Shown here piece after piece: positions 27,373 to 39,300 of a DNA stretch of 64,000 nt. How positions within the stretch are numbered: the first letter of the stretch is position 1; each line of letters opens with the position of its first letter. The notes beneath the pieces were generated by a model. It ran no database searches, was not told where the DNA came from, and saw nothing but the letters and a program-made list of their open reading frames with translations. Location: NCBI GenBank assembly GCA_030141605.1, contig JAQGDQ010000624.1, positions 1-64,000 of the forward strand, written 5' to 3'. The translations under genes and the position numbers were made by a program. Source of the DNA: Tubiluchus corallicola (taxonomy: Eukaryota; Animalia; Priapulida).

Positions 27373-30300
27373 TATCATCCCAATGTTATTACCAAAAACA
27401 ATGTAAATATATTACACTTACTACAGTTTCATTTCTAAACACAATGATGTAAATTGTAAATGTATTTTGCGTGTTGTAAATGTACTGCAGTTGCTGCAGT
27501 ATAACAGTTATTTACCAAGTAGAATATTTACAGTTGGGAACGCATTGGAAGTGTTAAATTATTACTAAACACAAAGCAGCTGTCTATTGTAAAAAAACGT
27601 TGTACAGTATTCCTTCTCCCTCTGTATTTAATTAATACAGAAAGCGAAACTAAGTGGCACAATGTTACAGTATTTCTTTAAGATGCCTTGTTGTACATTC
27701 ATGTAGAAAATGGGATTAAATACGCCAATAGAAATGCACAGTGTCTTCTTTCCGTCTCCATTCTCATGGCTTTTCAGGGTAATTAGACCTCAGAACTGCC
27801 CAGCTGAACCGCTTTCAAGTCAAAAATAAAGCAATCAAGCCAAGCGAGAGTAAAGGATGAACAAGGCAATTGGTGTACTTAGTCCTGAATACATGTTGCT
27901 GGCTAACGAACTTAGACGGCACGGAATTACAACGTAAATGACATTTGTCAGATTCTGAGAGTGATGTGCACACACGCTCGCTTGCTTCATCCGTGTGTTG
28001 CATACTGTTGCATACGAATGCACGTTAAACAGTTGCAAGCATCATCAGTAGTCAGTAGCATGCAACGCTTCTATATAAGTCCGGTATTGCCACACCTTTT
28101 ATCAGATTCTGAGAGTGATGTGCACACACGCTTGCCTGCTTCATCCGTGTGTTGCATACGAGCAGTCAAATGCGCGATAAACAGCTGCAGGCAGCAGCAG
28201 TAGCCAGCAGCATGCAAGATCTCTATATAAAAATGTGGTCTGGTACTGCCACAATCATCCACAATAAGCGATAAGCAATGCAATAAAAACAGCTGGAGCA
28301 ACTAAGGAAACTGCTCCGAACTCAATGCTGGTTCAACGTCTTAATTGCAAGAATGTGTTTGATCTCAGTAATAAGTATCAGTCCCACCACGATCGTTTAC
28401 AATATCAGTTTCTGTGGTAGTTCCCCATCCATTTAAGAAAAAGCACAGTGTTGCTTGACTATAGCCATTAAAAACATACGGTGATCACTCAGCTATCCAG
28501 TCTCTCCTGCCACAATTCTTTGCAATATAAAATTTTTGTGCTACTCTGCCATCCATTTAAGAGAAAACCAAGTGTTGCTTAACTGAAATCATGTCTCGCA
28601 AGGCTGCATTTTGGATGTATGCAGTTGCACTCATAGGGTTAACCTTAACCCCTGTCATAGTCTTATTACATTACAGAGTGCTGGTTAGACGGATAATGTT
28701 TACCAAGCTTTTGAAACCAGTTACCAATTAATCATGCATTATGCTCAGTACTTCATACTCAATACGGGATTTAGTCACGACAGAGAATGACAAGTGCCTT
28801 TGATGTTCAATGTTCTGTTACTGTTTGTAAAGAGAAGCTTATTAAAAGGTTCAAGATGGAAACAAAAATCGAACAGGGAATATTAAACACAGAGTGTAAG
28901 AGGCACTGGAATGCAGAAATGTGTAGTTTATAAGCCTTTTCATAATTTCATTGTGCACACGCTCAGTTGCTGTAGGTCAAAGGTGAAGTGTGCCTTAACT
29001 ACAACAGTCATGCGACGTGTGGAGAAAGCAAAGCCGTCTGCCGCATCAGTTCAGTAACTTCACTTGTTTTACTTGGACTTTACTTAATTATGCATTAGTC
29101 TGTGCGTAGAGTGATTTATTAGCAGGATCTTGCTTGGGAACAAGAAAAAATGAACTAGAAAAGGCTATAGCTAGCTGTTATTACAATAGCATGAGCTGGA
29201 AAGCGTTGTCAAGTGTGCACAAAAACGTTGTCTGGTACACTTAACCTTTGACCTTTTCATGATCATCATCATTAGCTGGAACTGTGAAAAGTCTTCTTAA
29301 TGATTTTAACTTGAAAAACACATAACCCACTACTGTGGTAAGCAAAGCATACTATTAATGCTACAGAATTTTTAATCTTCAAAGAAAAACGAATCTAAGT
29401 AAAACGATTGCACATGTACTTACAAGTCAGCACTGAAGGCGCGGGTTCGATTAGTCTTCTCGATGTCTTTTTTCTCTCTGTGACTCAGTTTCCTGGCTAG
29501 CCTCATCAAGCCACCCCTGTGTGCAATGGTACAAAAACACCTTTAATTTTTAAACAGGTGCACACAACAAGGTACATGAAAGCAATGGAAACATTTACAT
29601 ATGTACAGAAATTTGAAGTGCAAAGAGGACAAACTGCACTTCTCACACTAGTCAAGAGCACCGTTCATACTGCACTAGGTCTTTTGCTTCAACGCACATT
29701 GTGTTTGCACATTGTCTTCCAAATTAAAATGGATTGAGTTCAAAATCAAAATTTCTGCTCAGGACTGTGAGAAGGACATGTGCTATATTTAATTACGTAC
29801 ATGTGTAAAATTACTATTATGCATGCTCGTAATTAAGTAATTTAGCTAATTAATTAACATTTGTTAAGTATTATCAAAATTACAACAATAAAATCACAAA
29901 AAAGCAAAATGCAGATCACTAGTCCACGATAACAAACAATAAATGTTCACGCCTTGTCTAGAGAATATCATATACGAAAACTATGAGTCATATTTTAATG
30001 ATTTTTCACATACTACCTCATTTAGAAGTACGTAAAAAGTATACATTTTAACACATATAATAATGCAAAAGCGCTTCTGATAATTAAGTAATAGGTTAAC
30101 TATTTAATAACGGTGGGCGACCCTAACTAACATCACAAATGAACATAATTTTCAACAGCACAAACATGATGAGCACATTGCACATGTTTGTGAAAGCGAA
30201 AATTAAAGTACATTGTTACTGTACAACATTCAGTGTAATATACAAAAACTCCATAAATTTTGAGTTTACTGCTGTGCTTATGCATGAACTCTCGAACGTG

Positions 30301-33300
30301 TACATTACATCACAGATGAACAATTCTGAACTGAGAGGTGCAGCACCTATTTTTTGTGCAAAGCGTTTGTGACATTCAGGCGCTAGTGCCCATCTAACTA
30401 ACAAATAGCAAAATGTATGTAACAGGCGAACTAGCCGCACAAATGCGAAATCACGTTCCTATGCTAATAATTTTTTCACGTACGCCATTTTTGAAAAAAC
30501 ACTATGTTCCCTTTTATTTCTTTATATGATAGATTGTTTTGAACTATAATTTAAGATGGGACCTGGTTTTCCTTTAAATTTTTAGTCCATAATCACCTGT
30601 TTTCCTGGTCTTCTGGATCCATCATGACGTTCACTTGGAGTCTCTGAAACATGAAGGAAAGCAATGAGTCCAGGCACAGCTAATAGATCATTGCACAAAT
30701 TTGCAAATACAGTTACGGGAGCAGGTGGATTAGACATGAAGCAAAATGACTGATTCATCACGCGACAAAATAGGAAACAACTAATGTTCACAACATGTCG
30801 AATGGCTCGTGCAACATTTTGTAGTGGCTATTGTGAGGACAAATCCTTGGGATGCATTCTACTACAAGCAGAAACAACTGTCATTCAAAATTAGTGATGT
30901 TCCTGTAAGCGAACGCGTCAAATCGCTTGACACTTAAAAACATCTGAAAACTTATTTTAATGAAGATAATTCATTCCATATTCATCCTGTAGCTTAGCAG
31001 AAGTGTATTTGCGTCTCTTCTGTATGTCTTCTGGGTTGTGTGTCTTCTGTATGTCATCTGGTTTGTGAGTCTTCTGTATGTCATCAGGTTTGTGTTTCTT
31101 CTGTATGTCTTCTGGTTTGTGCATCTTCTGTATGTCTTCTGGTTTGTGTGTCTTCTGTATGTCATCTGGTTTGTGTGTCTTCTGTATGTCTTCTGGTTTG
31201 TGTGTCTTCTGTATGTCTTCTGGTTTGCGTGTCTTCCGTGTGGCACTTGGTTTGTTTCTTCTGGTTTGTGTCTTCTGTATGTTTTCTGGTTTCTGTGTCT
31301 TCCGTGTCATCTGATTTGTGTCTTTTCTGTCTGTCTTCTGGTTTATGTGTCTTCTGAATGTCTTCTGGTTTGTGTGTCTTCTGTATGTCTTCTGGTTTAT
31401 GTGTCTTCTGAATGTCTTCTGGTTTGTGTGTCTTCTGTATGTCTTCTGGTTTCTGTGTCTTCCGTGTTATCTGGTATTACTTTGCATCATCTCGTATTTC
31501 TGTAGTTGAGCAGAAATGTATTTGTGAGTCGTCGGTATGTTTTCTGGTTTGTGTGTGTTCTGTATGTCATCTGGTTTGTGTATCTTCTGTATGTGTTCTG
31601 GTTTATGTGTCTTCTATATGTGTTCTGGTTTGTGTGTCTTCTGTATGTTTTCTGGTTTCTGTGTCTTCTGTGTCATCTGGTATTACTTGCATTATTTTAC
31701 TAAATTGCCTATCGTGATATATTTTATTTTATTTTCACAATCCAACGATTTTTATGGTGCTCTAATTTTGTGTGCATCTGTTTTATATAATTTACAAACG
31801 AATTTAGGTTTTAAAGCTTACTGTGTTCTTATATAGATGATCTTTTATACTGTAATAATGCATTTGGTCTTCGTGCAAAAATGCATTTATGAATATTGGT
31901 GGACATATATGCATGGCAAGTCTGCCCTATAAATGGATATATTCACGGATATCTATATCCGTGCCTCAGGTTGTTACCGTAACCCACTTGAGAGATAGGA
32001 AAATCATGTTGTTATTCTAGCTGTGTCTGTTCTTTGTCAACTCTACACTTTCTAGCCCTGATTATTAAAGATCTGTTGCTATATAAATTTATTTCGTTGC
32101 TAGATGTTGTCAGAATTGCTGCTTATGACTTCCTAAACGCAGAGATGTTTGGTCAGATCTGTTTCTTTATTTTTTCCGGATAATCATAGAGGAGAATGGC
32201 TGCTTATAAACTGTAGTTTTCCCTCGAACCGCTTCTATGTGAAACCACTCATCAAAACCGCACATTAGTTACAAGAATTCCTGTTTTCTTGACTATTCAT
32301 ACCACTTGCGTTGTTTAAAGCGATCAATATAAAAACGACATCATTGAATCAGTTATATAAAAGTACTTATGTTGGATAGGAGAATTATTGTGTATATATA
32401 AAGTTAAAACTAGATTTATTCTACTTTAAGGCTAATTACGAGTGTTCAGTAAGAACGTGGTCTTCCGTAGCTTATTTGTATAACGAATGACTTTAAAGCC
32501 AAGTGATTTTGTCCCGGCTCATTAAATACATAATCGCTTAATGCATGTGATATTATAAAAGTGCAGGCAGGGACTAGTTCCCTGGGAAAAAGCTGTCTGG
32601 TTCGTAAAATACTAGGTAGAGGTTTTCCCACACATATTACAAAGAGAATATCTTTGCAATGTCCTCTAAAGTACTAATATAGTACATAACTGTGCACAAA
32701 TTAAATAGATACTAATGAGTGTTATTGTAAATCAATGTGGGGTCTGATTTTGTATTTGCATCATGATGTTTTAATCAATATTTTATCTCTAGCTAGGAAC
32801 TACAGTGAAGATCAACATCTACTAATTTCTAATAATATGCTTTTCGAGAAGTTTCCTTTAGATACAAAAAAGCTTTCAGTTTGATTATATTAACATCCCT
32901 TTATCTAATAGCCTGAGGTCACTGCTTAACATTGACCTAATAACTCGAGGTCATTATTTCATAATGACCTGATAAAATGAGCTACTTACTTAACCTTAAC
33001 CTGATATCTGAGGTCATTACTTAACCTTGACTTGATACCTGAGATTATTACTTAACTATGACATAATAACCTGAGATCATTACACAACCTTATCCTAATA
33101 ACCTGAGGTCATTACTTAACCTTGACTTGATAACCTGAGGTTATTACTTAAATATGATCTAATAATGACGTAATAACTTGAGCTCATTATTTGACTTTGC
33201 TTAATAACCTGAAATCATTACTTGACCTACCAAAATCTGCTTTATAGGATTCATGGTAAGTTATGTAAATTTTTTGTAAATTAAATTTATGCAATGAAAA

Positions 33301-36300
33301 TGATTTCAGTGTTGATTTACATAATTGATCTTATATTGGTTGATCATAAGAACACAAAGATGAAGAGAAAGAAGAAAAAGAAGAATGTAGTAGCAACCAG
33401 AAATGCATTATTCTACAGAACTGCTGATGCGGCAACTTAATGTAAACGAAGCCGTTTAACCTCACCTAAATCACAAGTGGAGTTCTCAAGGTCACTATTA
33501 AATATTTAATCTAATGAAGCCATGCAAAACCATTCTCCCCAGAGTTTGCACAACTCTCCGTCTTGTGTTCTCATCGTTTTCTCGTTACTCGTTAAATGAC
33601 AAATGAGTTTGGGAATTTTAGCGTGTGACTGGAATAATATAACGTTGAATTAATTAGACACGCTTGCCAGTCTCATCTTAATGAAGGACGACATTGATCT
33701 TGACGAAACAAATTCATTAATATCTTGGAAAAGAAAGTGTTTCCCTAAACGTACTTGTGAGATTTACAAACAGAACTGGTTGTGAAGTAAATTTGCAAAA
33801 TAAATTTCTGTGAGTACAAAAAATATCTAAAAGTTCTTTTGCAAAATAAAACACTAAACAGTTTAGGGTAAGAACCACCCCTCCAATGGCGAGTTCAAAC
33901 TAGCGACTTTTGTTTCGTGAGTTTTCTTTCTGACAGCAAACTCGCAAGTGCTTTATGACTTATTATCGAAAACGAAATTTTAAGCTCGTTTTGATTTATT
34001 GTGTAGTGTGAACGCTTCGGCCAGTTACCCTCGACACTGTTCACAATACAAAGAGAAGTGAAAGTCAGATTGCACTTATTTTCCAAGTTCGAACACATTT
34101 GTGAGTTCTTGTCAAGTGAACTTGGCAAGAAACAAAAAAGTCACAGCACTGGACGACGTAGGTGGAGCGTAATTTACAAGATGAGTATAATAGGATTAAT
34201 TGTGAGTGATAATAGGATTAAGTGAGAAATTGTAACTGAAGGCTATCTTGTGACCAGCTGAGACAGAGAAGACGAAGATTTTAAGATCATAAACAGGAGG
34301 AAACTACCGACGGTTATAATAAAAGATGAAATGCCTGACATCCACAATTCAAGAAAAACAGCTGGAAAATGTCGGAGGTCATAATCACAGGGGACCTGTC
34401 TGAGGTCATAATCACAGGAGACCTACCTGAGGTCCTAATTATAGGGGACCTACCTGAGGTCATAATTACAGGGATCTACCTAAAGTCATAATCATAGGGG
34501 ACCTACCTGAGGTCAAATCACAGGGGACCTACCTGAGGTCATAATCATAGGGGCCTGCCTGAGGTCAGAATCAGGGGAACTGCCAGAGGTCATAATCACA
34601 GGGGACCTACCTGAGGTCATAATTACAGAGGATCTACCTGAGGTCATAATCACAGAGGAACGAACTCCCTGAGGTCATAATTAAAAGAGGAACTGCCTGC
34701 AGTCATATTAAGAGGGTAATCTGAGGATAATATGAGGGTAATAAGAGGAGAATGTCGAAGGTCATAATTGGCAGAACACAATAGCAAAACAACTATAATT
34801 AATTTGCCTCGATTTTTATTATCTGAAACAAATTTTCAAACAAACAAAGAAACATTTACCTGTTTCCCAGGGCTCTTGCTCAGTGCTGCAGCACTACTTC
34901 CCGTGGCATGTTCAGCTCCTGAATCAGGCTCGCTGTCGCCACTGCTGTCATTTTGTTTACTCGTGCCTGCAAGTAAACAATGCTAAATAAATATATGACG
35001 GCCTATTACACACAGCACAACCATATTATCTTATAACCATTAATCTAGGTATGCAAGTAACACCTGGAGCAGTGAACCAAGCAGCACGTTTGTATAAGAA
35101 ACAATAAAATGCAGTAAGCTGGTAACAGTACACGTCAGAAGGACCGAGTGAAGTTCATCCCAAAAATCAGAAACAACGAAAACTGAAAAAGTATAGTTAA
35201 AACGTTACTAAAAAGTTACTCATAAATTTCTATACCTAATCATGTGACGTAACAATTCTTTGTCAATCAATTACAAAAGATGAAAGAAGAAGAAATCTGT
35301 AGAAAGCACATTAAGTAACTAAACAAAGAAGATCAAAAGAGCGCAACTCAAGTTGGGTTAATCATAACGGATATCCCCCCCCCCACAACAAAAACGCAAA
35401 AGACTGTTAAAGCATCAAAAGAGAGAAAACCTTCCATGTATGATAGGTTAAGTTTAGTAGTAATAATAATAAATGTGATGATGATTATGACGATGGTGAT
35501 GATTGTGATGGTGCTAGAGGTGGCGATAGTGGTGGTGAAGGTGATGGTAGTGGTGGTGATCACGATGGAGACTGCAGTGGCGTAGGTGGTGTTGATGAAG
35601 GTGGTGGCAGTGATAGTAATGGTGATGGTAACGGTGATACTTGTGCATCACTGGTAATAATAATAAGAATTTTAATAATCGACTTTATGGAAAAAGAACA
35701 TGCTGCATTAATTTTGTACCGGTACACAAATCATGGTAATACAACTCTCACACAAAAAGGCACAATTAACAACCTTAAACACCAATCTACACAAAGAATT
35801 AGTAATATTTTGAAAACTGTAATTTGTTCTTGCATAGTCTTAAACATAAAGAATCATTCCCACTTTGCACTACACAAGTCTTATACCAGACGCACGCTCA
35901 ACGTTAAATGTAGCAGGCAAGCAGGTAGCCTGAGCCAATGGTGTTTACACAGGCGTAAAACCTGATTGGTTAAACTGAAATTTTATAGTTTAACTGATAC
36001 AAGTCTGGACTTTGCTATGCTTGAAAAAATATTTGTCTTGTAAATAAAATTAACCCTCGAGACGCACAAATGGGGTGATTTTAAGAACAAATGCACAAAA
36101 AAGAAACATTTATTGAACACAATCAATGCCTAGCAACAAGTATAGCACCGTCTACGGCTATAATGTTGGCTATAATTTTGCTAACATAAATCATGTTCTT
36201 CTATTATACTGTGCAACCATAATAACTAAATACATGATGTTTATATATTCATGACTTCTTTTAACAATTCACTTAAACTTCAATATTTTTTTTTATATTT

Positions 36301-39300
36301 TTAACGGCGCTTTCACACTAGAGAGTTCTTGCAATGAAAATGCTTGTCTGCAAGAAATCGCGAGAGAAAACTGTCTGGTCTGAACGCACAATAAAATCAA
36401 TTTAAAGCTAAAAACGAACAACGCAAAAAAGAAACGCATCCAATACTTACTGAATTTAAAAAGGCTAGTACGTACGGCACACTACACATAACCCAGGCAA
36501 TAGATGGCAAGTATGCGCATCGCTACGGTCACCATTTAAAATTATGATTACACAGACACCATTTCATGAGACAATTTATTCGTTGCATAGGATAGTATAT
36601 CCGTTGTATAGGATTAAGTATGTATAACAAAAGCGCGGTTTCGAAATCGTAAAATTTCTGCTATTCAACTGTTCCTATAGATTTTAGTTTTTTCTTGCAC
36701 ATGTAAGAGTACATTAGAATCTTATGAATCTGTTGCCAATTGCCTTCGTTATAATAAAACCAGCGAGTCGCAAATGAATACCTATCAATAGTTGCTAAAA
36801 GAAACTTCTCACAATAATTATTACAAAAGCTGTTGATGTTGTTAGTGGAAAATCCAGAGATGTTATAAACGCGTATAACCTGTGACTTGATGAGTATCAA
36901 ACGACATCTTTAGCAGTCGAAGACATTTTCTTTAACTCCTTCAGGCCTGTAAACGTTTACTGCATTTTGCATGGGTTTATGAATAACTACTCTCACCAAG
37001 CAGCGATTATATTACATTTCGTAATTTTTGTAGGTTTCTACTCCTCACACAATGAAATTTCATGCAAAATTATATGTGAAATGCAGGTGCCTACCTTAGA
37101 CAAATTAAAAAAACGATTTTCGACGAAAAAATGAAAAAAGTTTTCGGTAACTGCAGTGTTTGCACTTGCAACAATGTACAATATCACTTGTCTGAAATCG
37201 GCTAATGCATAAAATTTCAACTATCCAGACACAACACCCTGATACACTTTTACCCAAGTCCACTCTATTTTTAAGGAGAAATTCCTGTTAAAAGATGAAA
37301 CGACTTAATTTCTCCTTAGCTGATCGGTTGGCTTTTCCTGAAACTATGTACAACTGACATAAGCTGTTCTCTTGGGCTATTACAGTAGCAAGCAGGTGAT
37401 TAATAAAAAAGTGTGTACGATCACGCAAGTGTACATCAGACTAAGCTGCTCAATAGGCTAAGTTGGAGTGCCTAAAAAGGGCGTTTTTTTAATTTTTTCC
37501 AATTAAATCACTTATAAATGTTTAAACAAATAGCATGATTGAATAACTGAGATTCTCCCGACTAGAACAGTACCCAATTTGTAATCCTTTAGTTATGTCT
37601 GTCTTCGTACAGTAACAGAAAAGTCATAGATCGTATAAAACATATTTTGAAGGGTGCAGTCCTGAAGGAGTTAATTCTCACCTTTCTGTTCGAAGAAATG
37701 CAGTGGACTTATAGATGTAGTACGCGGAGAGCCATGTGGCTAGAAGCCATATGGTTTGTCAGAGGGCGAAAGTGAGAGTTGAAAGAGATTAACTATAGGA
37801 TTTTAGGAGTTAAGTGAAAGTTAAAACAAAACAAAAGAATGAACGAGAACCGTCCATGACAATAAGCCTTTTCACAGTTCCAGCGATTGATGATGATCGT
37901 AAAAAGGTCAAAAATAAGTGCTCCAAACAACGCATTTGTGAAGAATTGACAACGCCTCACAGCCCATGCTGTTGTAATAGCAACCGTTTTAACAGCTAGC
38001 TAGAACCTTACTTAGTTCATTTTTTCTTGTTCCCAAGCAAGATCCTGCTAACAAATCACTCTACGCACAGACTAATGCATAATTAAGTAAAGTCCAAGTA
38101 AAACAACTGAAGTTAGTGAAATGACGTGGCAGACGGCTATGCTTTACCCACACATCACGTGACGGTTGTAGTTAAGACGTGTTGCTGTGGTACACTTAAC
38201 CTTTGACCTACAGCAACTGCGCGTGCGCACAACGAAACTGTGAAAAGGTTTATTTACTACAAATAATTTAAATGTCTGACACCACTTTACTGTTTCTTAA
38301 AAAAAGAACGAAAAGTGTGATCGTGCAGGTTTACTGCATTTGACAGACGCGATGCACACAGGAATATTCTTAAGCTGTGAGAATAACAGGGTGGTCGCAG
38401 TGTCTGACTGGCAACGACAGTTAAACAACATCGGACCTGATTAGAAACTTGGTGGGTGACTACAGCGAAAGCTGCTTCTAAGTGGTTTTATATGCCACAG
38501 TGCCTCTGGAAATTTCTCTCGAGTGCGGCATCTCTGTCAGTTCACAATATAATCCTAGACGACTATCTTGTTATATCAAGTTCGGTTCCATTGCTGCTAC
38601 TGTCACCTTATGGCTAAGGCGCCTCTGCTATTTAACTAAATCATTTTACACTATTACCGTTGTTAATCAGCTAGGTGCCAGTACTGCTGGAACCACCTAC
38701 ATAAGTAGTAAACTCTGCCCTCTAGGAACCGACCCGAAGAGTACCAAACTCTATGCTGAGTTACTGTTACAAAACACAGGAAATCTGAAAAAACGGATAC
38801 ATCCAGATTTGAACCAGCGATCATCTCCCAGGGGCTCTTGGTTTAACTCTAGCTGGCTGTCGCCCAACTTTCTCAGATTTCCTTCCTCTCAAATTCGGTA
38901 TCAAAATTTAATTAATTGTGGGTTTGTCCATCATTAACTATAATCTTGACATTAAGCTTATAATAATTCATGAAAACCCATTGTTACAACTGTCAGAATT
39001 AGGAATTTTAGCTGATAGGATTGCTCTTGCCTGTGATGGAAAATTTAACAAATTCAATAAATCAGAGTTTCAGAAAATCTCCAACCGTAGTTTAACGTTC
39101 AGCCATGCAGCAGTAGAAATATATTTGACGTAACTTAATATTTATTTTGTTCTTTATTTCTGCTCGTAAACGTAGTCTTAAGCCACAAGAATACAATAAT
39201 TAATAAAAAAGCAATTACAAAACTATAAAATTACAATTTACAGAAAGAATACGAAGATAAAATTAGTTAAAATGACACACATTAAAAGTACATTAAATAA

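Noticed and set aside
26714-27438. Poly-His/poly-Ile/poly-Met ORFs
   Set aside because: Translations of (CAT)n/(CAC)n microsatellites.
30957-31836. Multiple overlapping repetitive ORFs (HKPEDIQKT etc.)
   Set aside because: Translations of the 27-bp minisatellite; no splice or domain support.
38482-38937. 151-aa ORF and a tRNA-like B-box (minus strand ggttcaaatc near 38805)
   Set aside because: No domain or splice support; the B-box lacks a cloverleaf, so it is at most a SINE remnant (likewise near 7605).
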